Of a stretch of 64,000 nucleotides of DNA, positions 1 through 13,100 are shown piece by piece. Numbering within the stretch: position 1 is the first letter of the stretch; every line of letters begins with the position of its first letter. The translations under genes and the position numbers were made by a program. The notes under the pieces are model-generated. The model had not been told where the DNA came from. It made no database searches and saw nothing but the letters and a program-made list of their open reading frames with translations. This DNA comes from Macrostomum lignano (Eukaryota), in the NCBI GenBank assembly GCA_002269645.1, contig NIVC01001894.1:1-64000 (forward strand), read 5' to 3'.

Positions 1-351
1 TGCGAGAGTCAGGAGCAGTCGCAGGTACCTGCACCTCGAGGTCAGAGTTTAGTGCATCATCAATTGGAGCAGAAACATTTATGAAACTGAAGACGTTTGG
101 TGGCGAATAATGTGAAGAAAACGCGATGATGTACAATCAAACGGAGGTGGTTGACGCTGGTACAGCGATCGGTGCGCTTCTCAATTTAAATTATGACAAA
201 ATAGCTGAAAAACCAAATACACTACTCAAGACTCAAAGCAGTAGTATAACTTGTTTAGATTTGCATTGGTATCAGATGTCAACAAGACCTTTACTAACTC
301 TGGCGAATCTCTCTGGTAGGGGGTGACAAATCTCTCTGAGGGTGGGGGACG

Positions 352-628
352 AATCTTTATGGAAGGGGGGCAAATCTCTATGGAAGGAAGGAAATTCTCT
401 ATGGAAGGGGGGCAAATCTCTATGGAAGGGGGGCAAATCTCTATGGAAGGGAGCAAATCTCTATGGAAGGGGGCAAATCTCTATGGAAGGGGGCAAATCT
501 CTATGGAAGGGGCAAATCTCTATGGAAGGGAGGCAAATCTCTATGGAAGGGAGGCAAATCTCTATGGAAGGGGGGCAAATCTCTATGGAAGGGGGCAAAT
601 CTCTATGGAAGGGAGGCAAATCTCCATG
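352..628. repeat. ~21-bp minisatellite GGGGCAAATCTCTATGGAAG(G)
   Basis: Tandem units visible. Confidence 0.95.
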
Positions 629-706
629 GAAGGTCTTCGGTAGGAGATTTTTGCATCTTTGACTTTGCCGGAACTCTGGTTTTGACGCGCTCAAGTCAGC
701 GAAGCA

Positions 707-1181
707 TCAAATCTGTGCCTCCAGCAGTTTGTACCAGCCCTGCACCGAGCGGCCGCCTCCAGCGTCACCCGCGCAGTCGTCCACGCAGATGACGGCCTCG
801 CCAAGCCGCCGCCTACCCGGGCCTTTGATCTCGCCGCCGCCCAGCTCGGAGCTCGCCGAAACCTTCCCAGACAGCAGAGTGGCCTGAAGGAGCAGCAGGC
901 CGCTCGTGGCCGACCTCGCCGCCGCCAACTGTTGACTGTCGAACTCCATCGTCTCGGCGAAATCTACACCGCTCAGACCGAGCCGCTGGCCCGGTTCGAC
1001 GCCTGCCCGCGCAGTGCCCAGAAGCGACAGCTCGCAGCAGCAGTGCAGCCGGCGGCTGCTGCTACCAAGTTGCGGCACTGGCGCGGCGTCACTCGCAGGC
1101 GGCCGCCGTCGTTAGACTCGGCGCTCAAGCGGAGGTCCAGGAAGAGCTCGCCGGAGACCAGCTGGTCGTCTGGCAGGTCGC
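707..1181 (-). CDS. RIM/Piccolo-like last exon: divergent C2B with apparent frameshift near 1050
   Basis: GELFLDLRL..RLRVTPRQCRNL lies in one frame; CELSLLG..VDFAETMEF..LGEAVI..VQGWYKLL-stop lies in another. Acceptor at 1182 is inferred from phase. Confidence 0.65.
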
Positions 1182-4100
1182 CTGGTTGAGGTGGCGGCGG
1201 TGGCGGATCGTGAGGAAATTCCCTGACGTGTACATGATTAATTGTGGGTAAGCCTTCTAAATATACTAAATCTCTAAGGTTTGTATGCTTGCTTGCTTGA
1301 ATGTCCATAACGCTCTAGAGATTGCAATTCTTCACTTAGTACTAAATTGGAAGGTCTTACTCCTCATGAACTTCCAAGTTGTTAATCTTTGCTTCTTTCT
1401 AATTTATTTTGGAGAAATGGCATCCTAGGGAGCTTTGAGGGTCAATTGGGATTAGTGGAGAAATGGCATCCTAGGGATCTTTGAGGGTCAATTGGGATTA
1501 GTGGGAGAAATGGCATCCTAGGGATCTCTGCAGGCCATTGGGATTAGTGGGAGAAATGGCATCCTAGGGATCTTTGAGGGTCAATTGGGATTAGTGGGAG
1601 AAATGGCATCCTAGGGATCTTTGAGGGTCAATTGGGATTAGTGGGAGAAATGGCATCCTAGGGATCTTTGAGGGTCAATTGGGATTAGTGGGAGAAATGG
1701 CATCCTAGGGATTTCTGCAGGCCATTGGGATTAGTGGGAAATGGCATCCTAGGGATCTCTGCAGGCCCATTGGGATTAGTGTGAGAAATGGCAACCTAGT
1801 GATCTCTGCAGATCCGGTGCAAAGTGCTCACCGCCTCTCTCGGTGCGCGTCGCCTCGCCGATGAGCAGCAGCTGGCCGGGTCCGAGCCACCGCCTGACTG
1901 ACTCTCGCTGCTCCTCGGACAGGAAGTCCGTGTTCACCGTGGAGCAGCTGCTGTCGGACTGGCTTGCCGCTGTGCCGCATCCGCCCAGACTCCACTGCTG
2001 TTGCTCTGCAAAAGTTCACAGAGTGACTGTCCGATCGCCGCTCTCACGAGCTCACAACGTCACTATTTTGGCTCTCAGCATTTGATGGACGGGAAATTTG
2101 AACTGTCAAGAAGGCTCATTCAAGATGATAGAATTTCGATGCTGAAAATCTGACGGGCTCCTCACCAAGTGCACTGGGTCCTCGCCCCGCCAACGCCGCA
2201 GTTCTGTCTGAGTTTTGGTGGGGCCTCTGCAATTTATCCGGCGGGAAGGCGGCAACTGTCTGCGGCTTAGGGATAAAAGCCACTACTACGGAAGGATAAG
2301 GATATTCGTGAGGAATAGAAGGATATCTAGATACCAGGGCTGATAGGTTACAGCTGTCATATTGCTTGTCCCAAAGTCGCAAACAGCAAATTTAAGTGAC
2401 GCATTTGCGGCAGCCGCTCCGCAACAAATAATAACCACAGCAAAACAACGGCAGAGGAGGCAAGCAACGCAAAGCATCAGTCAGTAACTTAGCTGACCGA
2501 ACCTTCAATTCAAAGCATTTGAGGGACAGTTCTGCAATGCACCGCATGCAGAATATTGGTCAGAAAGAAAATAAAAAGAAAATTTTTTGAGGCAATATTG
2601 CACACTTCAATAGTAAAATTTTTCCTGTTTGTCTTGACTGCTGCGTCAAATTTTCCTGTTAAGTTAAGTACAGCACTCTCTTCAATCTTTAGTCACTTGC
2701 TCCGTGATCCTTCAGTGACCTCTGCTACCCTCCCAGATCCTCCAGTGACCTCCGTTGCCCTCCCAGATCCTTCAGTGACCTCCGCTGTCCTTTCAGATCC
2801 TTCAGTGGCCTCCGCTGCCCTCCCAGATTCTTCAGTGACCTCCGCTGTCCTCCCAGATCCTTCAGTGACCTTTGCTGCCCTTCCAGATCCCTTAGTGACC
2901 TCCGCTGTCCTCTCAGATCCTTCAGTGACCTCCGCTGTCCTTTCAGATCCTTCAATGGCCTCCGCTGCCCTCCCAGATTCTTCAGTGACCTCCGCAGCCC
3001 TCCCAGATTCTTCATTGACCTTCGCTGCCCTCCCAACTCCCTCAGTGACCTCTGCTGTCCTCTCAGATCCTTCAGTGACCTCTGCTGTCCTCTCAGATCC
3101 ATCAGTGACCTCTGCTGTCCTCTTAGATCCTTCAGTGACCTCTGCTGTCCTCTCAGATCCTTCAGTGACCTCAGCTGTCCTCTCAGATCCTTCAGTGACC
3201 TCTGCTGTCCTCTCAGATCCATCAGTGACCTCTGCTGTCCTCTCAGATCCATCAGTGACCTCTGCTGTCCTCCCAGATCCTTCAGTGACCTCCGCTGTCC
3301 ATCTCAGATTCTTCAGTGACCTCCGCTGTCCTCCCAGATCCATCAGTGACCTCTGCTGACCTGCCAGATCCTTCAGTGACCTCTGCTGTCCTCTCAAATC
3401 CATCAGTGACCTCCGCTACCCTCACAGGTTCTTCAGTGACCTCCGCTGTCTTCCCAGATCCTTCAGTGACCTCTGCTGTCCTTTCAGATCCATCAGTGAC
3501 CTCTGCTGTCCTCCCAGATTCTTCAGTGACCTCCGCTGTCCTCTCAGATCCTTAAGTGTCCTCCGCTTACGTCTCCCAAGGTCAGGTAAGGTCAGCAAAG
3601 AGATGCCAAGAATCCCAGAAGCAGATGCGGCAGTCTCATGCGGGTCTAAGCCGTTTGTAAAATATAATATATGAAGAAGTTAAATCGAAAGAGAGAATTA
3701 ATAATCTCACCAGATTTAAGCTAAGCTGCTCGACCCGAGGCCGGTTTGCAGTTTAAGAACAGTCGAATTTTTCCTATTAATTTTTTCCTTTAACGGCGCT
3801 GTTTTAGTAACTACGAGTATAAAATGTTCCAATGTATCTCAGACATGCTGGTACTACTGCATTGCTGCCTATGTACAACATGGTTTATGATCTTTGGAGA
3901 AGAACAGTAAACTGACATGCGTAAAACATACATACACCGGCTACGGCTGGTATTGCGCTTGGTAAATCAACAATATAAGCAGTATAAAATAAATGGGAAA
4001 GGTTAGGAGAGAGGAATATCACACAACTCACTCACTCACTCACTCACTCACTCACTCACTCACTCACTCACTCACTCACTCACTCACTCACTCACTCACT

Positions 4101-7100
4101 CACTCAGACACACTTGCACACACACACAAACGCGCGCTGCGGAGCGCAGAGAATTGGAATTTGAAATATCGCAAAAAATCGGTGGGCTTGGGGCTCGATT
4201 AATTAACATTCACTCTATATACCGTAGGTGTCGGATCTTACCAACTTCTTTGCCTCTATTCCACACCGTGAGCACAGTTGTGAGCTCAGCTCTGGCTTAG
4301 CTATTCTATAGTGCTCACGGCCGGCCCTTTTGGTCATTTCGACCTATTTGCTGTTGACGGGATTGTTGGTTGATGCTCAGATTAAGCAATAAATGGCATT
4401 CGATGCAAGTTAACCGCGATAAGGTCGAATAAGAGTACACTAGTAAAAGTGCAAATCTTCTAGGATTAGCTCACCTTTTCCGGCGGCACCTCCGTTTGCG
4501 TTCGGGGTGTCCTTTGAGTGCCGGTGATGCTGACTTTTCTGTCGGTGTTTGAATTGGGGGATCAAGTCAATCGGGACCATAGAATTACATTATAAGGACA
4601 GTAGAGTGACATTAGGGACAGTAGAGTGACATTAGGGACAGTAGAGTGACATCAGGGACAGTAGAGTGACATTAGTGACAGTAGAGTAACATTAGGGACA
4701 GTAGAGTGACATTAGGGACAGTAGAGTGACATTAGTGACAGTAGAGTGACATTAGGGACAGTAGAGGGACATTAGGGACAGTAGAGTGACATTAGGGACA
4801 GTAGAGTGACATTAGTGACAGTTGAGTAACATTAGGGACAGTAGAGTGACATTAGGGACAGTAGAGTAACATTAGTGACAGTAGAGTGACATTAGTGACA
4901 GTAGAGTGACATTAGGGACAGTAGAGGGACATCAGGGACAGTAAGTGACATTAGTGACAGTAGAGTAACATTAGGGACAGTAGAGTGACATTAGTGACAG
5001 TAGAGTGACATTAGTGACAGTAGAGTGACACTAGGGACAATAGAGTAACATTTGGGACAGTAGAGTGACATTAGGGTCAGTAGAGTGACACTAGGGACAA
5101 TAGAGTGACATTAGTGACATTAGAGTGACATCAGGGACAGTAGAGTGACATCAGGGACAGTAGAGTGACATTAGGGACAATAGAGTGACATTAGTGACAG
5201 TAGAGTGACATTAGTGAAAGTAGAGTGACATTAGGGACACTAGAGGGACATTAGGGACAGTAGAGTGACATTAGAGACAGTAGAATGACATTAGGGACAG
5301 TAGAGAGACATTAGGGACAGTAGAGAGACATTAGGGACAGTAGAGTGACACTAGGGACAATAGAGTGACATTAGTGACAGTAGAGTAACATTAGTGAAAG
5401 TAGAGTGACATTAGTGAAAGTAGAGTGACATTAGTGAAAGTAGAGTGACATTAGGGACACTAAAGGGACATTAGGGACAATAGAGTGACATTAGTGACAG
5501 TAGAGTGACATTAGTGACAGTAGAGTGACATTAGAGACAGGAGAGTGACATCAGTGACAGTAGAGTAACATTAGGGACAGTAGAGTGACATTAGGGACAC
5601 TAGAGTGACTATGGGGACAGTAGAGTGACATTAGGGACACTAGAGTGACATTAGGGACAGTAGAGTGACATTAGGGACAGTAGAGTGACATTAGTGACAG
5701 TAGAGTGACATGAAAACCCTAGCCAGCCCTACTGCATGCTGCTGGTTAGAGCCCCTCTCGCCGCCTGCGCCAGCACTTGACTGTCGTTGCCGCCGACGCG
5801 ATGAGCCGCCGCGAGACTGCGCCGACGAACTGGACGGCGGCATTGGCGGCTGCGGCATCTCCTTCTCGTGCGCGTAGAGCGTGTACCAGCGCGGCTGATT
5901 GTCCATCAGCTTGCGGTCTGAGGGAAGACAGGGGTAGCTAGGGACATCTAGAGACACGTAGAGACAGCCAGAGACATCTAGAGACATCTAGAGACAGTCA
6001 AATGCATCTAGAAATAATCAGTGACGTCAGTGACATCTAGAGACAGTCAGAGATATCTAGAGACAATCAGGGACATCTAGAGACTCTTAGAGACAATCAG
6101 AGACATCTAGAGACAATCAGGGACATCTAGAGACAATCAGGGACATCTAGAGACTCCTAGAGACAAGCAGAGATATCTAGAGACAGTCAGAGACATCTAG
6201 AGACAATCAGAGACATCTAGAGACAGTCAAAGACATCTAGAGACATCTAGAGTCATCTAGAGACATCTAGAGTCATCTAGAGACAGTCAAAGACAGCTAG
6301 AGACAGTCAGAAACATCTAGAGACAGCCAAGGACATTTCGAGATATTTCGGGAAATCTAGAAACAACCCGAGACGTCTATAGACATTAAAAAACTACAGG
6401 CAACTACGTATGTCTGTAGAAAAGTCAGATTCATCTAGAGATGTTTAAAAAGACAACCAGATGCATCTAGAGGCTTTCAGAGATAGCCAGACAATCCACG
6501 AAAGCAACGGACATAATCAGAATATCTTAATTTGGAAAGCCCGAACCCCAAACCAGCCTCACCCAGCCGAATGACGCAGCGCCCCATAAAGTCGTTAGTC
6601 TTGAGCCGGTCATAATCCCACACCGAGATGTCCAGCCAGTGCTTTTTCAGTTCCCGTTTGGGCACGTCCATGAACACCACAGTCTGCTGCCAGTCGGGCT
6701 CCAGCGTGTTAGGCAGGTACTTGATCTGGCGCTGCAGGTCCGCACTGGAACAGAAGGATTATTGTGCTGATTGCAGCTGTATATAATGTATATGAGACCC
6801 GATCCCAGCTCAACTCAATCTGACTCTTGTTCGCTGTGGCTGCCTTGAGGGGTAGCACGGAAAGCCTATTCAACTGCAAACTAACCGCTTCCATCTCTGC
6901 TTAACCTGCAGTGTTGGCTGGCGAATGCGCTAACCCATTCGGATACCGACTTTATTTTTACGTTAATCAATTTTCAGTGCCTAAGAGTACAGCGTCTCAC
7001 CTGTCAATCAATCTTCAGTACCTAAGAGTACAGCGTCTCACCTGTCAATCAATTTCCAGGACCTGAAACCGCAGCGTCTCACCTGTCAGTCGGATCCGGC

Positions 7101-10100
7101 ATCAGCCGCACCTTAACAAACGGATCGGCCAGCCCGTTCAAGTCCATCGGCGGCAGTCCTCGAGCTCTGGCGATGTGCACCGTCAAGCTGGAATCGTAAT
7201 CGTCAAAGTGCAGCTGCACCGATATTTCCCCCGCCGTGTCGTATTGGAACTGTTCCGCCGCTGCGACCGCGCCGTCAGCTGCGCCGATGGATGCTTGCGA
7301 CTGCAGCGAAATCGATTGTTGAGGCTGAAATTGCTGCATCATCGCCTGAGGCTGCTGCTGGAAGGCTTGTGGTTGCTGGTGCTGTTGTTGAATATGGGGC
7401 TGTTGCAGTGCGGGAGGCTGTTGTAACGACTGAAGCGGTTGTTGCAGAGTCTGCGGTTGTTGCAGAGTCTGCGGTTGTTGCAGAGTCTGCGGTTGTTGCA
7501 GAGTCTGCGGTTGTTGCAGAGTCTGTGGTTGTTGCAGAGTCTGCGGTTGTTGCAGAGTCTGTGGTTGTTGCAGAGTCTGCGGTTGTTGCAGAGTCGGCGG
7601 TTGTTGCAGAGTCTGCGGTTGTTGCAGAGTCTGCGGTTGTTGCTGCTGAAAGTGCTGGGGTTGTTGAATCTGCTCTTGCTGCAGTGCGGGAGGCTGTTGC
7701 AACGTTTGAAGCTGCTGTTGCAGAATCTGTGGTTTCTGCTGCTGCTGTAAGCTCTCCACCCCAGCGGAAATGCCAGCGAAGGGCACCTGGCCCAGACTGG
7801 ACGAGGTTGGCGGCGCGAACGGATCGGCTCCCCGGGACCCGGCGGCGAAGCGTTCGAAAGGGAATTCAGCCGCGCCAACGAAGACCTCTTTGGGCGGCGC
7901 CGAGTCGCCAGTCGGACTTGACGGCACAGGCGGGCTGGCCGAGGTTGGACGAAGGCGTCCGAGTCCGCCGCCAAGTAGGCTGTGCTTTGTCCGAGACTGG
8001 CCGGTAGGGTCGAGCGCTGTGGATAGTAGCATGGGTTTTTGAACTTTAGGATTCAGTTTTTGTTCTAGTTTTTTGTACTCTTATATTTGGTTTTTGCACT
8101 TTTAGATTTGATTTTTGTACTTTAGGATTCAGTTTTTGTTCTAGTTTTTTGTACTCTTATATTTGGTTTTTGCACTTTCTTTGCAATTTCTTAGCCAAGA
8201 TACATGTACCGTCCCGGGAAAATTTCTGATCGAACAGTGCAAATTCGAACAAAATCGGTCAAGCCATTCAGGAGAAAATCGATTTCGTACATACAAGAAT
8301 ACAAGCAAGCAATATTTTCATTTTTAGTATATAGGATTTTTGTACTTTAGGATTCTGTTTTTTTGTACTACCTTGAAGGTTGATCATACCTACGAGCTAA
8401 ATATACACGACAGAGAGCCAGCAATCACCGAACGCCTTACAATAATATGATAAAATTTGCATGAAAATGTTGAAAAAATCCCCTACAGAATGCCTCACCC
8501 TGGCCATCAGGGAAGCTGTTGTGACGCGCAGTCTGTTGCTGTACTGTTGTTGAGCCTCGACTGAAAAATTGCAATAAAGTGCAGGTGGTCGCATGCGTAA
8601 CAAATTCTATTTTCAAAAAGTAACTGCACTTAGTAGTTTTCCATTGAAGAAGTTTTAAAAGTGAGTCAGCATGGACAACTAAAGTAGAAGGACTAAAGAG
8701 TGTCTGGATAAGCCTTGGACAACTAAAGCAGAAGGACTAAAGAGTGTCTAGATAAGCCATGGTCAACTAAAGCAGCACTAAAGAGGGTCTAGATAAGCCA
8801 TGGACAACTAAAGTAGAAGGACTAAAGAGTGTCTAGATAAGCCATGGACAACTAAAGCAGCGCTAAAGAGTGTCTAGATAAGCCATGGACAACTAAAGCA
8901 GAAGGACTAAAGAGTGTCTAGATAAGCCATGGACAACTAAAGTAGAAGGACTAAAGAGTGTCTAGATAAGCCATGGACAACTAAAGCAGCACTAAAGAGG
9001 GTCTAGATAAGCCATGGACAACTAAAGCAGAAGGACTAAAGAGTGTCTAGATAAGCCATGGACAACTAAAGCAGCACTAAAGAGGGTCTAGATGAGCCAT
9101 GGACAACTAAAGCAAAAGGATTAAAGGGATTATAGATAAGCCATGGACAACTAAAGCAGGACTAAAGAGGGTCTAGATAAGCCATGGACAACTAAAGCAG
9201 GACTAAAGAGTGTCTAGATAGCCATGGACAACTAAAGTAGAAGGACTAAAGAGTGTCTAGATAAGCCATGGACAACTAAAGCAGAAGGATTAAAGGGATT
9301 ATAGATAAGCCATGGACAACTAAAGCAGAAGGATTAAAGGGATTATAGATAAGCCATGGACAACTAAAGCAGAAGGATTAAAGATATTATAGATCATGGA
9401 CAACTAAAGCAAAAGGATTAAAGGGATTATAGATAAGCTATGGATAACTAAAGCAGAAGGATTAAAGATATTATAGATCATGGACAACTAAAGCAAAAGG
9501 ATTAAAGGGATTATAGATAAGCCATGGACAACTAAAGCAGAAGGATTAAAGGGATTATAGATAAACCATGGACAACTAAAGCAGAAGGATTAAAGGGATT
9601 ATAGATAAGCCATGGACAACTAAAGCAGAAGGATTAAAGGGATTATAGATAAGCCATGGACAACTAAAGCAGAAGGACTAAAGAGTGTCTAGATAAGCCA
9701 TGGATAACTAAAGCAGAAGGATTAAAGATATTATAGATCATGGACAACTAAATCAAAAGGATTAAAGGGATTATAGATAAGCCATGGACAACTAAAGCAG
9801 AAAGATTAAAGGTATTATAGATCATGGACAACTAAAGCAAAAGGATTAAAGGGATTATAGATAAGCCATGGACAACTAAAGCAGAAGGATTAAAGGTATT
9901 ATAGATCATGGACAACTAAAGCAAAAGGATTAAAGGTATTATAGATAAGCCATGGACAACTAAAGCAGAAAGATTAAAGGTATTATAGATCATGGACAAC
10001 TAAAGCAAAAGGATTAAAGATATTATAGATAAGCCATGGACAACTAAAGCAGAAAGATTAAAGGTATTATAGATCATGGACAACTAAAGCAAAAGGATTA

Positions 10101-13100
10101 AAGGGATTATAGATAAGCCATGGACAACTAAAGCAGAAGGATTAAAGGTATTATAGATCATGGACAACTAAAGCAAAAGGATTAAAGATATTATAGATAA
10201 GCCATGGACAACTAAAGCAGAAGGATTAAATATATTATAGATCATGGACAACTAAAGCAAAAGGATTAAAGATATTATAGATAAGCCATGGACAACTAAA
10301 GCAGAAGGATTAAAGATATTATAGATAAGCCATGGACAACTAAAGCAGAAGGATGTTTAAATACTCTTGAATTCCAGCTTTTGCTACTTTTTTGTGAATT
10401 TCTTGCTGCTCCTATTTGTCTATGATGAAGCCCAATTTTTCAAGGATAGCGAAAAAACAAATCTTTGCAAAATCCGTTCAAAAAGTTGGAAAATTGTTTT
10501 GAATTTTTTGTGTCTTCAAAGACTCCTAATGCTTTCACTTTTACGGTCTTCTGGCAGTTTGCAATATTTCTCAATGTTTTACAGTTTTCTGGCACAAAAC
10601 AGCGCAAGTTTTCTATGTACATGCATATGGCTTCTCTGCTTAGTTTTGTTGTTTTAAAATATTGTTAAAGTCCATTAAGTATATCCTCGTAATTCCATTA
10701 AAAAAATCACTGCTTGATTGTCTTTTAACCAGAGAGAGCAGAGCCGTCTGTGAATAACTTAACTGTACCAGCCAGTAGAATTATAGAATTCGTTCTGATG
10801 TGAGTGACCGGTGAGTCCCAAATGATCACCCCGAGTTTTGATCAAAGAACCTCTGCAGACGAACCAATCTTTTCCATATCTTCACTCATGTCTACAATGA
10901 GTCTGAGTCATTCTGATTCAGTTTCCCACGACCCCCCCCCCCCAACGCTGCCATCAGCGGCTCTCACACTCTGACGACAACTTCGAATTCGTCGGCCTCC
11001 CAGGCGGTGGCCAGCGCCCTGTGCAGCTCCCGCGGCCCCAGCCCGACCAAGCAGTAGCCGTTCCATTCCACCACTTCGTCGCCTTCGCCTATCTCAGCGC
11101 GCAGACGGTCGCAGACGCTGCCAGGCAGGATGTCCTGAACTACAGCGGCTGGCAGACCGTCCTCCTGCGAGACGCCGGCCTCCACGACCAGACCGACGCC
11201 ATAGCCTGCGAGCGACACCGGGGGGGGGGTAATACTGAGATACTCTCTATGGCACTCGTGGGACACTACTGAGATACTCTCTATGGCACTTGTGGGACAC
11301 TACTGAGATACTCTCTGTGGCACTATGGGACACTACTGAGATACTCTATATGGCACTCGTGGGACACTACTGAGATATTCTCTATGGCACTCGTGTGACA
11401 CTACTGAGATACTCTCTATGGCACTCGTGGGACACTACTGAGATACTCTCTATGGCACTCGTGTGACACTACTGTGATACTCTTTATGGCTCTTGTGTGA
11501 TACTACTGTGATACCACTGAGATACTCTTTCAGGCACTCGTGAGGCACTACTGAGTACTCTTCATGTCACTAATGTGACACTACTGAGCACTCTTGATGG
11601 CACTCATAGCGCACTGCAGGCCATCAAAAGTACACAGCAAAAGTGGTGACTCCGTCTTAAATCAAGCAAGCAATTCAAACCCTGCATCGCTGGTCAGGTT
11701 GAGCGCCAAAACTTTTAAAGCTTAAGAAACCGATGATAAAAGTACATTTTTTAACTTTAGGCAATTCAATCCCCTTAATAGAGAAGAACTGGACCAGAAG
11801 GGGCCGTTGAGAGGCCGTTTTCTCGTCCGACTGGCTTCGTCTCTTCCTCTCAGCGTCCACTCTGGCCGGGTCCTGATTAATCATTTAAAGCAACTTAATT
11901 TGCTGCCTTTTACTCGTAAGTCGCCAAGCCTTTGAGTAAACTTTCGGTGCTTCTTAGCTTCTTGACTTCAGACTTCGGGTTGGCAAAGTTGAAGACAAAA
12001 ATAAAGAAGTGAAGAGCGTCACTGAAAGAGGAGGCGCTTTTTAATAATAGAAGTCCTAGGAGGGGGTCAGTGCAGAGATTAGGGGGTCGGCCTTACCTCG
12101 GTTTGATTTGTCCCTCGTGTCCCTGGTCAGCAGCAGTCGCTTCACCTGGAAATCGTAGCCACCTGTCCTCTGACGCTCCTTCAGCAGCTGTACAATATGG
12201 GCGGAGGGCGGATAACGACAGGTAAACAATGCATTGATAGAGGAGCAGACAGTGAGAGGTAGACAGGGATAGGGAAGCAGATAGTGAGAGGTAGACAAGG
12301 ATAGGGAAGCAGACAGTGAGAGGTAGACAAGGATAGGGAAGCGGACAGTGAGAGGTAGACAAAGATAAGGGAGCGGACAGTGAGAGGTAGACAAGGATAG
12401 GCAAGCAGACAGTGAGAGGTAGACAAGGATAAGGGAGCAGACAGTGAGAGGTAGACAAGGATAGGGGAGCAGACAGTGAGAGGTAGACAAGGATAGGGAA
12501 GCAGACAGTGAGAGGTAGACAAGGATAGGGGAGCAGATAGTGAGAGGTAGATATGATTTGATGAGATTAACAACAAACTATGAGATTCCTAATTGTCGGC
12601 CGCATCTCCTGTTTGAGTCTGCACTTCTCCCAGCAGCAGTTTTTCTCTCTTCTGTTTAGCTATAAAACTGGCGCGCCTCTCGCAGGCCTACAAACTGATT
12701 AAATTCATCTCCACCCCCTCTGCCCAGCGGCCAGCCCAGCTCAAAATCGTACACAGTACAGGCATATAGGTGAGTCCTAAAACGATTGGGTGAATTGGAT
12801 GGGGCTTTGAGGACTCTGATGGAGCTCAATAATAGATTGATTGTCACGCCATCGGCCGCTGAGCTGGGCCTGAAGTTCTTCTCTCAGCTGGTCAAACGAA
12901 GAAAGACATGGCGGATGTTTTTAGCATTGTGAATGCGCTGTTGTAGGCTAGCCGTACTGCTATGAGATTGTCTTTATTAGCCGGGTAGAGAGAGACGGGG
13001 GAGAGATCAACCCAGCGGTCCCCCCATGGCAGTAGTTCGCTTGGTAGATTCCAGATATCCGCGTCCAGCATCCCAGTTCATCTCCATCAACCCAGTTTGC

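Noticed and set aside
4265-4430. Short inverted repeats (CCGTGAGCAC/GTGCTCACGG; TTCGACCT/AGGTCGAA)
   Set aside because: 8-10 bp stems are expected by chance in 64 kb, and no ncRNA motif was recognised.
11675-11884. Small ORF between the PDZ lead-in and PDZ exons
   Set aside because: Flanking exons already join in phase into a contiguous PDZ motif, and no good splice sites bracket it.
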